A stretch of DNA of 64,000 nt from Geosiphon pyriformis uo1. Taxonomy: Eukaryota; Fungi; Glomeromycota. The DNA is taken from contig JAAOMT010000151.1 in assembly GCA_016748015.1 (NCBI GenBank), positions 261,463 through 325,462 of the forward strand. The letters run 5' to 3'. The position numbers and the translations under genes are program-made. Shown in pieces: positions 14,101 through 24,713 of the stretch (position 1 is its first letter; the number at the start of each line of letters is the position of its first letter). A model generated the notes under the pieces. That model saw only the letters and a program-made list of their open reading frames with translations, was not told where the DNA came from and did not search any database.

Positions 14101-14564
14101 AGTTTTTTTTATTTAAGTAATTTTGTGAATGTTTGTAAAAGCTTGCATGGAATTTGGACTGGGGAGTTGAATGTCTACACTGATGATTTATTGAGTAATC
14201 TAAGTATAAAAAATATAGTTTGTGGAGCAGCAACTTATTTCTCTAAGATTGATATGGGTGTAAATATTGAAGTACAAGATTTGTTGTCTTCTATATTGGT
14301 AGAATTGCAGATGATAGTCTTGGCATTGGAATGCATTTTCTCATTTTGTTTAGTTATTCTACACACAAATAGCCAAGTAGCTTTGGCCACATGTTTGTCA
14401 AAATATAAGCTGAGTCAGCTTGATGTTCAGAATTAGTGCTGGATAGAATAGCATTATATTGCTAATTTGATTAGATTAAAAGACATTTCAGTAAGATAAG
14501 TTAAGATGAAAGAGCACTTAGGTGTTGTTGGTAATAATTATGCAAATGCTTTAGCTTGTGCTGT

Positions 14565-15458
14565 TGTTACAAGTAATTATTTCTGCTGTTGAATTAAATA
14601 ACAAACTCATAACTTGGTGCTTAAAAGCTACTTCCATTGATGATGTCTTATAAGTGTTATATCAGAAGGTTTTGTATCTGAAAGTTTTGATGGAGTCTTT
14701 TGTATAATGGACAGAGATTCAATAGTGTCGATAGTAGATGTATCTTTCCAAGAGTTTTTCCAATTTCTTTCTCAGCATGGTGGCCAGATTTAGTCTGGCA
14801 GTCGTGCCCTTCTGGTAAGCTATCTGATAATATATAAAATCCTACCCTTATTTCTGGGTCTTTTACCAGGCTATCCTTGACATCAATAACTTAGCACTTA
14901 ATCTCTTAATCAATTAGTATACAACAACAAAATCAAAGAAAGAAAGAAAATAAAATAAAATAAAGAAAATAAAATAAGAAAATAGAGAAAATAAGCCAAG
15001 GCAATTTGGTACATTAATATCTCATCAATAGCCATGATCAAGAGCTATTGTTTCAGTGTGATTAAGTATCAATTACTATCAACATAAAGTATTAATAGTG
15101 GAGAGTGGTTTTGAGATATGAAATATTTATTTATTTGATGATTTGTGTTTCTGGGCTAAGGATTCTGTTGTATCAATTCTGTCTTTTCTGTTTTTAACAC
15201 TACTGTTATATATACATAATTGAGATTCCTCAATTTTTCACGATAGGAATCCTGGAATTCCTAGAATTCTGCGATTCCTATGAGAGGAATCCTAGAATTC
15301 TGGAATCCTGCAATTCCTCATCGAGGAATCCTAAAATTCCTGAAATTCTTGGAATCCTGCAATTCCTGAGAGGAATCCTGAAATTCCACATTTACTACGC
15401 CTACTTCTAATTGGCTAATAATCATGCTAATATATTTCCTATATTTCTATGAGTAACA
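14565..15458 (-). repeat. 3' LTR (894 bp)
   Basis: Direct repeat of 23838-24713; 6-bp terminal inverted repeats. Confidence 0.95.
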
Positions 15459-15473
15459 TTATTCTCTCTTTTT
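15459..15473 (-). other. Polypurine tract
   Basis: Minus strand AAAAAGAGAGAATAA abuts the TGTTA start of the 3' LTR. Confidence 0.85.
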
Positions 15474-16101
15474 AATATTGAGCTCTGTTGAAATTCAACT
15501 CATTTAATTCCTCCTCTTGTAGTATTTTCTGGATTTTGTTTTCAAGAATTACTTGTGTTATTTGGGTCTGTAATTCTTCAAATTGAGCTTTGGTAATCTT
15601 TCCCAATTGATTACTGGTAACCATATCCATTCCTTTGCTATGCAATATTTCTGGTCTATCCTGAAATGCTGTGTGTATTCAGTATATGGCTTGGGCCTGT
15701 GTAGCTAAGTTGTTCTTTCCCACAAAATGTTCTAATTGTTGTAGTATTCTTTTGTCGAATAATCACTTTGTTTTATCTGTATATAGATTCTGGATATTTA
15801 TGTGTTGCCCCAAATAAAAGTAACAATAATTTCTTGGAAATTGTTGTATCCATCAATTCCAAGTTTCTTTAGTCAGCTCTTGATATAGTGCCTCTTTTGT
15901 TGACTCTTTTATTGCTAATTTTACTTTCGCAATGATTTTATCCACCATATTTTCAGTTTTTTTCTTTGTTCTGAGTTGTAATGTCTTTCTAGTATCTTGA
16001 TATCGAATGGTTTGTTGATTGATTGTAATCTCCATTTCCTGGTGTTGGATCAATTGAAAGAGTTGTTGTGCTAATGAGTGAATGTTGTCTGTAATTTCCA
16101 T
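15472..16101 (-). pseudogene. Gypsy ORF3: 209-codon extra ORF of unknown function at the env position
   Basis: One frame from ATG 16101 to TAA 15472 with three internal TGA (each one CpG transition from CGA); start also recognisable in copy 2 (MKITDNI at ~44919). Confidence 0.8.
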
Positions 16102-16155
16102 TTTTCTGATATTTCCTGTCGCATCTATTGTGTCTTTATATATTTTTTTGCTGAA

Positions 16156-17500
16156 TCAATTTAACGTGTTGTTGTTGATAATAATGATTGGTTCCAGATC
16201 TCGTGGAATCTCATCTGGTTGGACTAGTATTCTCTGTACTTCTAATTGGAGAATATTACTGTGATATAGTTTCAGTCGATCTTTATGTGTCACTTTGATT
16301 AAAATTTTGTTATCTAATCTTAATTTATAAGCTCCATTTCCTAGAATTTCTTCTATGTGAAATGGTCCATCCCATTTGGGGTCAAATTTTCCACTCCATT
16401 GTTTTTCTGCTTTGGTACAATGTAGTAATACTTTGTCTCCAATCTTGAATTCAACTGGTTTGTCTGGTAGTTGACTATCATGTCTTTTTTTCTGTTTTTC
16501 TTGTGACTTTTGAATATTATCAGCTGCTCTTCTTTGTTTGTTTTCCAATGTTTCTATTAAGTCATATGTTCTTCTCAGCAATGTTTCTTGAGAATTTTCT
16601 TCTGTTATTGGTTCAGCTAGATATGTATTAATTTTTCTCTCTACTGGTAACATTGCTGTTCTTCCATACACTAATTCAAATGGTATTGCTTGTGTAGTAT
16701 CTTGTTTTATTGTCCAATAAGCAAATAGTACTAATGGTATGAACAAATCCCAATTATTCTGGTTTTCTTGGCTGAGCTTAGCTATTGCTTCACACAATGT
16801 TCTGTTGAATCTTTCTACTAATCCATTGGTTTGTGAATGGTATGGTGATGATAATGGTCTCTTGATTCCGAATCTTTGGCTCAATTCTGTTAATGTTCTG
16901 TTCACAAAATGAGTTCTTTGGTCTGATAATAGTTCTTTTGGACATCCATGTTGACAAATCAAATCTTGATGAATGAATTTGACAACAGATTTTACATCTG
17001 CTCTTTGAATTGCTTTCACCTCTGGCCATTTAGTGAGATAGTCCACAGTTACTGCTATGTATCTGTTTCCTTTGCTGGTAATTGTTAATGGTCTGACTAA
17101 ATCAATTCCAATATGGTCAAATGGTTGTTCTACTTTGATTGGTTTTAACGGTTCACTGGGTTTCATACCTCCTCTTCGCTGACAGGCATCACAATTTTGA
17201 ACATATTGGATGATGTTTGGATACATTGATGGCCAATAGTATCTTTTTCTGGTTCTTTCCATGGTTGCTTCTTTATGAAAATGTCCTGCTGTTAGATTTG
17301 AGTGCATGTTGAATAATATTGTCTCTTTTTCTGGCTCTGTAATTACTCTGATTAGTTGATCTGAATCTTTTCTATTTTTCTAATAAAGTATATTTTGGTG
17401 AGTGATAAAATATTTTGATTGTTGTTTGATACTCTTTCGTTCCGTTTGAAATAAATTCTTCTTGAACTGTTGAGTGTTTATATAATGTTGAAGTTGTTGA
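16156..17500 (-). pseudogene. Gypsy integrase (HHCC, DDE core, GPF motif; no chromodomain)
   Basis: HSNLTAGH..CDAC; IGIDLV, LLSDQ, GLVERFN; WDGPFHI. Confidence 0.95.
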
Positions 17501-17579
17501 TATTTTTGTATGTTTATCTTTTGTTATATTTTTCGTTGGTATTGTTCTGGTTTTGTTATATTTTTGTGTTAAAATGTTC

Positions 17580-18960
17580 TTAGATTTGTTTTATTTGTGA
17601 CAAACTGTCAGCATTTCCATTGTTTTTTCCTTTCTTATAGTGTATAGTATAAGTATATCGTGATAGTACCATTTTCCATCTGGATTGACAGCCATCATCA
17701 AATTCTTGCTTTTGAAGTGATGTTAACCCTTTATGATCCATGTATATATCAAACTTTTGGCTCAAGTATTCATTTCACTTCATGACTGCCCAATAAATTG
17801 CTAAATGTTCTAATTTGGGTGTTCCATAGTTCTTTTCAGCTGGTGTTAGATCTTGGCTGGCATATACTACTGGATGTTCTCTGCCGTCTGGTCCCTTCTG
17901 AGATAGTACTGCTCCCAATGCTTGGCTGAATGCATTGGTGGTGATGATGAATGATTTGTTGTGATCTGGGTAGATCAGTACTAAAGCTTGAATGAGCTTT
18001 CTTTTCAGAATTTCAAAAGCTTTTTGTTGACTTTCTGTCCATTTATATTTGGTATTCTTGGTTTGTAGATTATTGAGCGGTTGAGTTATCTTTAAAAAGT
18101 TCTTTATAAAGTGTCAATAATAGCTTGTGAATCCCAAGAATGATTTCAATTCAGTTATATTGGTTGGTACTGGAAAGTTCTTTATTATCTCTATTTTCTC
18201 TGGATCCGTTTTGATGCCATCTTTGCTGACTATATGTCCCAAAAATTTTAGTTCTGTCTTGCCAAAGAAGCACTTTGTTGCATTTAACTTTAGTCCTGCT
18301 CTTTTCAGTCTTTCGAACACTTGTTGAAGATGATGAAGATGATCATCAAATGTTTTTGAAAATACATTGGTGTTGTCCAAGTATACAACTACTGATTTTC
18401 ACAATAAGCCAGTATAGACAATTTCCATTAGCCATTGGAAAGTGGCTGGTGTATTAGTTAAACTGAATGGCATTACTTCGAATTCAAAATTCTCTTCTCT
18501 TGTAGTAAATGTTGTCTTTTCTTTGTTGGCTGGATCCATGGCTACTTGCTAGTAACCACTGTTCAAGTCTAATGTTGAGAACCATTTGTTCTTGCCAAAA
18601 GCATCAAATAGTTCTTGTATCCATGGAGTTGGATAGCTGTCTCCATGAATTACACTATTTAGTTTTCTGTAGTCCACACAAAATTGGATCTTTCTATTCT
18701 TCTTTTGGACAAGTACTACTGGTGATGACCATGGGCTCATTGATGGCTGAATTAACCCATTGTCAAGCATCCAGTTGATCTCTTAACAAATGATTTCATG
18801 ACTGGCTAGTGGTACTCTGTATGCTCGCTGTTTGATGGACATTGTATTTCCAGTATTGATCTGATGCTAGATGATGTCAGTTCAGCCAAACTCATTTTCA
18901 CTGGCAAAGATGTCATTGAACTGGTTGAACAACATCTTGAGTTGCATATGTTGGAGTGGA
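17580..18960 (-). pseudogene. Gypsy reverse transcriptase and RNase H
   Basis: SPWSSPVVLV, FCVDYRKLN, LDLNSGY, YLDN (from YLDD), KCFFG..FLGH, TNAFSQALGAVL, DHKGL, NADSLS. Confidence 0.95.
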
Positions 18961-19094
18961 TCTAAGTTTCCCATATTTATTTGTTCCAATTGTTCTGGTT
19001 GGAGCAAATAACATTCACTTTGTCCGTATATTGTTTGTAATGTGATATCAACATATCCACAAAGTTGTGGAAAGTCTGAAATGGGATTTGGTGA

Positions 19095-19400
19095 TTAATC
19101 CTTCATTTTAGTGTTTAAGTATCCAATAATGGTTCCGGCTGGTATTTCTATGATATTTCCTGTATTATTATAGATGGGAATTTTGATATGGCTGTAATCT
19201 TTGGCTGGTATATAGAGATTGATAAGTCCAACTTCTCCTAATTCACAAAGACTGGCTTCTGCTTCAAAAATTTGTGCTTGGTCTTTTTCCTTTCTTTTTA
19301 TTGCTAGCATGTACTGGTTATATGGTGAAATAGAAATAGCTTGACTGGTTGAGATAATTTCTCTTTGGCCAACAATTTTTTCCTCCACCATATTAACTGG
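19095..19400 (-). other. Second, degenerate dUTPase-like domain in pol
   Basis: SLCELG / IPAKDYSHIKIPIYNNTGNIIEIPAGTIIGYL follows dUTPase spacing but lacks catalytic motifs. Confidence 0.5.
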
Positions 19401-19412
19401 TACATCTATTCT

Positions 19413-19815
19413 ATCTGTTAATCTGAATCTCTGTATTCCTCTCACTGTTATTCCTAATTCCTTCCTTTTTTCTACTGATATTAACTAAGCTACTCTAACC
19501 AGAGGCAGGAATATTGCCTGTGCTATTTTTTTATTGGGCTCTATTATATAGGCTTTTTCTGAGTTATTTTGTAGCATAGTGATAATATTTTCTACATATC
19601 TCACATCAATTATTCCTCCTCTTATATTAATCCCTCTTTTTGCTAAACTACTCCTGGATGCTAATTGAACTATTGTTGTTGCCAGAATTTCTAGTGCTAC
19701 CTTTAGATCAATGCAGGTGTGTGAATGTAGTTCCAATTTGATGGCTTCTGTTCCCGGATATCTCAGATCAAATCCTGCATCTATATCATGCACGTGTTCT
19801 GGCATAATACCTTCA
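19413..19815 (-). pseudogene. dUTPase domain in Gypsy pol (between protease and RT)
   Basis: All five motifs: AGFDL, ASRSSLA, GIIDVRYVE (GxIDxGYxG eroded), KIAQ, RGIQRFRLTD (RGxxGFGSTG eroded); one TAG at 19485. Confidence 0.92.
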
Positions 19816-21039
19816 TTATTATTACTGAACCATTTCAGTTTTTGTTCCTTGGTGAGGTCAGAAAGTGCAATATATTGTTCATAGCTTGAGTCGAAGTTTG
19901 AATCTGAGTTGATATTATTGTTATTGTCATTGCTGTTTTGAATGAAGCTGGAGCCATTATTCTTGTTGTCATTGTTGTTGGGATTTGAATTGGGATTGAG
20001 TGGTGATTCCGACTCTGATGTGCAGCTGCTGATTGGTTCTTTCTCTTTGGAGATCATGTAGATCATGTGTGGTAGTGGATTGTTAATGAGGTCACAATTA
20101 TCACAATATTCAAAGTCACTGGAAATTAAACAATGGTAATACAGTCTTGTATTCAATTGTGCTAGCCATTGTTCTTGTTCTTCTCTAGTGAGTGCCAAGT
20201 TTTGGTAGTGTTCATGGAACTCTTCTGGTTCCAGAAAATTTATGACTGGTTCTGCGTTCCAGTCAAGCTTGATAAGTTCTGGTGGGTTGTTTTTAATTGT
20301 TCTGATTTCTTTTGGTGATGCGCCTTCAATTTTGGTGGTTGCCATTTGCCATAATTTATCGTCATCGTGTAGACAACTGTTCAATTGCTGTACAGCTCTT
20401 CTTCAGGCGGCTTCTATGGATGTTCTTTTCTCGACCCAGTCACTGATGAGGATCGTGTATTGGCAGGACACATCGCATGTTCCTTCTCTTCCAGGAATGT
20501 TGTTCCACATTCCTTCATCTAACAGGATCTCCCCACAAGCGAAACAAGGTTGGCTATCCTATTTTCCTTGCCTTTTTGGTTGTCCAAAGCATTCGAGTAA
20601 GTATGAATGACAGTAGAACTTTGTTGTGGTGTGGTATTCCTTATCATCACCACAGCATGCACCCATTGATAACAGTTTCTTGCCGCAATCGATACACACA
20701 AGCTTTGGCCATCAATAATTGGATTGTTGTGGAGTGTAGTGGGTGTAAGAATTATAAATGGCGGTGGTTGGTGGTGTTCCTTCTTCCTTTTCCCTTATCT
20801 TTGTTCTATTCCCAACTAAAGGCTTCTTTTTGTTCATTGTCAGTCCAAGTCAGATCATCGGTTTCCCAGGTAAGTTTATTTGTCTGCTTTTTTTTCCCAT
20901 TGTCATCCCAAGAGAGTATTGGTGGCAGCTTGTTGTGTTCTTCATTAGCCCACGACACTTGGTAAGCTTCCCAAATAGGTTTTGGTTTTTTTTTCTCGAA
21001 GTTGATTAGTAGTGCCATGATGTTGGTAGTCTTGAAGTG

Positions 21040-21420
21040 GCCACACGTTGCTGGTACTCACGTGTGTTGCCCGTTCTGGCTGAGTTGGAGCTCTTGTGTA
21101 TTCCAGTCCAGAGTGGCATTTGTCTTGAACAGCCAGTCATTACCAACTAGAGCTTGGTATTGGGTGGCTTCTATAACGAGTACTTTGATTGGTATTATGC
21201 TGCTGTTAATTTCGATTGGTAAGTCATTGATTTTGCCGATTGGAGTCTTAGTCACTTTATCAGCCATGATGATTCTGGCACTAGCAGCTTGATCAACTCA
21301 GCAATTTAATTGATCTATGAGTTGTCATGTGATGATGCTGCCTGCTGAATCACTGTTAAGAATTAGTTTGATGTGATGGCCATCAATTTTCACATCAGTG
21401 TACATGGTGGTAATTGGTTT
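21040..21420 (-). pseudogene. Gypsy aspartic protease
   Basis: IKLILNSDSAGSII (LDSG eroded by G->A) and ALVGNDWL. Confidence 0.88.
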
Positions 21421-21599
21421 TTCTTCCAGTACAGCTCTACTAAATAATGGTATGTTTGACAGTTCCTCAAGTTTGAATGGAAAAATGGCGTCCAGTGATT
21501 TGTCATTGGTGACTGTTGCTGGCAGAATATTGCTGGTATGTGTTTGTTATTTTTGGGTGGGTTCCTGGTTGCTGGGTGAGGCATCTTCTGGGGTAATCA

Positions 21600-23775
21600 G
21601 GAGACTTAAATAGTTCTAAAAATTCGGGTTTTGGGGATTCCTGGCATCTGAATTCTGTTGACGAGATCCTGTTTGACTGAAGGGGCTGGAGATCAGCTGA
21701 TAAACTACTATCGACAATCTCCAGTTTTGCTGCATAATTTTCGGTCTTTGGACTCTGCTGGCTGGTAAGTTTTGTGGTGGAGTTTGAATCATTTGGGGTT
21801 GATAGATTGTTGGCAGTTGTGGTTGATACATTACCTGTGGCTGTGGCTGATAAATTGGGGCCATTGGTTGATAAATTGGCACTTGATATACTGGTGGTTG
21901 ATAAATTAATTGCTGCATTATTGGCAAGTAAGTAGTTTGATATTGTGTTGAGTTTGATTGATAATTCAGAGTTGAGAACCAGCGATCAGAGTTTCGATAT
22001 TGATTTCCCGATTATTGGTTATTTAAACGCTAGTGGCAGTTAACTTGAATATGTCCTTGTTTACCACAATAGTGGCAGATATGCATTTCCTGTTGCCATT
22101 GTTGATTGGTTGATGAAGATAAACATAGTTGATTTTGGCCACAAGTAGAGTTTCCTTGATTATTGCGTCATTGTGGAGGCTGATAAATGGCATGATTGTC
22201 AGCTAAGTATCCTTCTAATCTCTTATTAATTGTTTCACTGAACTTCTCCAATTTGGAATCCAATTCAGATGATCTGTTCATTACTAGATTAATGGCTTGG
22301 GCATGGTTGGCCTCTGACTCAGCGAATTCAAAATCTTTGGCACATGTGACTGTGTCTTGAAGTGTGCCTGAATGCAACAGATGTACATGTTGCAGAATGC
22401 TGCTGCGCAGGCCACAGATAAACTGGTTGAGAATCTGTGGTGCTGTGAAGTAGTTGGCGTTAATTGCTTGAATTTGGTGCAGATTTCGATGGAAGCATCC
22501 CAGGTAAGTGGTGACTGCTTCAGTTTCTCCTTGTTTCATGGTAGTGAATATGTTGATTAGGCAATTGATGCTGTTATTGTTGCTGAAGTATCTTAGGAAT
22601 TCCACTTTGAAGACATCGAAATCTTGTGGTTTATTAATTAAGCTCTGATACCATGAATTGGCAGTATCCTTGAGAAAGTAGGAAATGGCTTGCATTGCTT
22701 AGGCGTCATTCCATCCATTGGCTGTGATGGTCTTTTCTACATTATTCAGCCATACTTGAGCATCGTCCTCTTCACTGGTAAAGTTGTCAAGTTTTGCAAT
22801 TGGTGCATAGGCCATTGAATCTAAGTTGAGTGGTTGTGGTGGCTGTTGCTGGAATTGTTGAAGAGGTAATGGTTGTTGGGGTGGTACTTGAGATGGTTGA
22901 ATTGGCTCACCAATAGGCTCAATTGGTGGTTGATTGATAATAATAACTGGAAGTAAGTTTTGCTAATAAATTAACTCGGGGTTTTGATTTCTTTGATTTG
23001 GTGGGATTCGAATATTTGGAGTTTCGATTTCCAAATTTTCTAAATGTTGCTAAGTTTGAATGTTCAGGTTTTCTAGGATCAGGTTTTGGTAATTAAATTC
23101 CTGATCTTTGTCTTCTTCTTTTTCTGATTCAGTAATTTCCCAGGGACTGACAGTTCCGAAATCTGGCTGATGAGGCGGTAATTGAAATCCTGATGGTGTT
23201 GGTGATCTTGATTTAAATCCTTCAAAATAATTGCCGTATGCTCCTAATAGTTTGTTTTTCTTTTGTTTACTCTGAAACATGATTCTTGCTAGCAGCGTCT
23301 TTGTACTAGTGGATGTGTCTGCTGATGCAATGTTGATGGTACTTCCAGGTGTGTGATGGTATGATGGATATATCGGAGATTTGATTCTTTGTTTCTTCTA
23401 GTTAAGAATTTGTATTCCTTTGGATGTTACTGCTGGTGTTTGTAGTTTTCCTTTGCCCTTGTCCTGATAAGTAATAGGGAATGTCTTTTGTGTATATCTT
23501 TCAATTTCTTGGTTGATTTCTCTGATGATGAGTGCAAAGCTGTGATTTCTTGATAAGTTGGTGTGTTGGATTAGTTCCGAATAGAAATTTTCTCTTGCTG
23601 ATTCAATGTTAACTGGTCTTCCTAGAAAATCAGTGATTCTTTCATTGACGTAGAAGTTAAAAGCTGATTTTGCTGAGTAATGGTTGTTGTTTAGGCCTAA
23701 CTGCTGGCTGTACTGTTGAAATAAAGATTTCATGAATCCTAAATGGTTTGTCCCTATTATTTCTGATTCTGCCAC
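21600..23775 (-). pseudogene. Gypsy gag (capsid, CCHC knuckle, Gln/Pro-rich tracts)
   Basis: Capsid-like AISYFLKDTANSWYQ..MKQGETEAVTTY; CHYCGKQGHIQVNC at 22033-22080. Confidence 0.85.
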
Positions 23776-23816
23776 TTTTGGTTTGGTGTTGTCGGTACTG
23801 GTTCTCTGTAGGATTA

Positions 23817-23835
23817 TACCTTATAGGGAGTACCA
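23817..23835 (-). other. Primer binding site (primer tRNA not determined)
   Basis: TGGTACTCCCTATAAGG begins 2 nt inside the 5' LTR; TGG complements tRNA CCA. Confidence 0.75.
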
Positions 23836-23837
23836 AA

Positions 23838-24713
23838 TGTTACAGGTGATTATTTCTGCTGTTAAATTAAATAACAAATCCATAACTTGGTGCTCAAAAG
23901 CTACTTCTGTTGATGATGTCCTATAAGTATTATATCGGAAGGTTTTGTATCTGAAGGTTTTGATGGAGTCTTTTGTATAATGGACAGAGATTCAATAGTG
24001 TCGATAGTAGATGTATCTTTCCAAGAGTTTTCCCAATTTCTTTCTCAGCGTGATGGCTGGATTTAGTTTGGTAGTCGTGCCCTTCTGGTAAGCTATCCGA
24101 TAATATATAAAATCCTACCCTTATTTCTGGGTCTTTTACCAGGTTATTCTTGACATTAATAACTCAATACTTAATCTCTTAATCAATTAGTATACAACAA
24201 CAAAATTAAAGAAAAAAATAAAATAAAATAAAATAAAGAAAATAAAATAAGAAAATAGAGAAAATAAGCCAAGGCAATTTGGTACATTAATATCTTGCCA
24301 ATAGCCATGATCAAGAGCTATTGTTCCAGCGTGGTTAAGTATTAATTACTATCAACATGAAGTGTTGATAGTGAAGAGTGGTTTTGAAATATGAAATATT
24401 TATTTATTTGATGATTTGTGTTTCTGGGCTAAGGATTCTGTCATATTAATTCTGTCTTTTTTGTTTCTAACACTATTGCTATATATACATAATTGAGATT
24501 CTTCAATTCCTCGATTCTTCATGACAGGAATCTTGTAATTCCTATGAGAGGAATCCTGCAATTCTGGAATCCTGCAATTCTTTGTCAGGAAATCCTAAAA
24601 TTTCTGGAATCTTGCAATTCCTGAGAGGAATCCTGAAATTCCACATTTACTATGCCTACTTCTGATTGGCTAATAATCATGCTAATATATTTCCTATATT
24701 TCTATGAGTAACA
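23838..24713 (-). repeat. 5' LTR (876 bp)
   Basis: Direct repeat of 14565-15458. Confidence 0.95.

Larger units (their letters stand above)
14565..24713 (-). mobile_element. Full-length Ty3/Gypsy LTR retrotransposon (degenerate), dUTPase-encoding
   Basis: Paired LTRs with TGTTAC...GTAACA ends, TSD CTGT (14561-14564 / 24714-24717), domain order gag-PR-(Cys-rich)-dUTPase-RT-RH-IN-ORF3. Confidence 0.96.

Noticed and set aside
20242-21613. Overlapping + strand ORFs antisense to Gypsy pol, and minus-strand ORFs inside the LINEs
   Set aside because: Shadow ORFs of biased codon usage with no recognisable motifs
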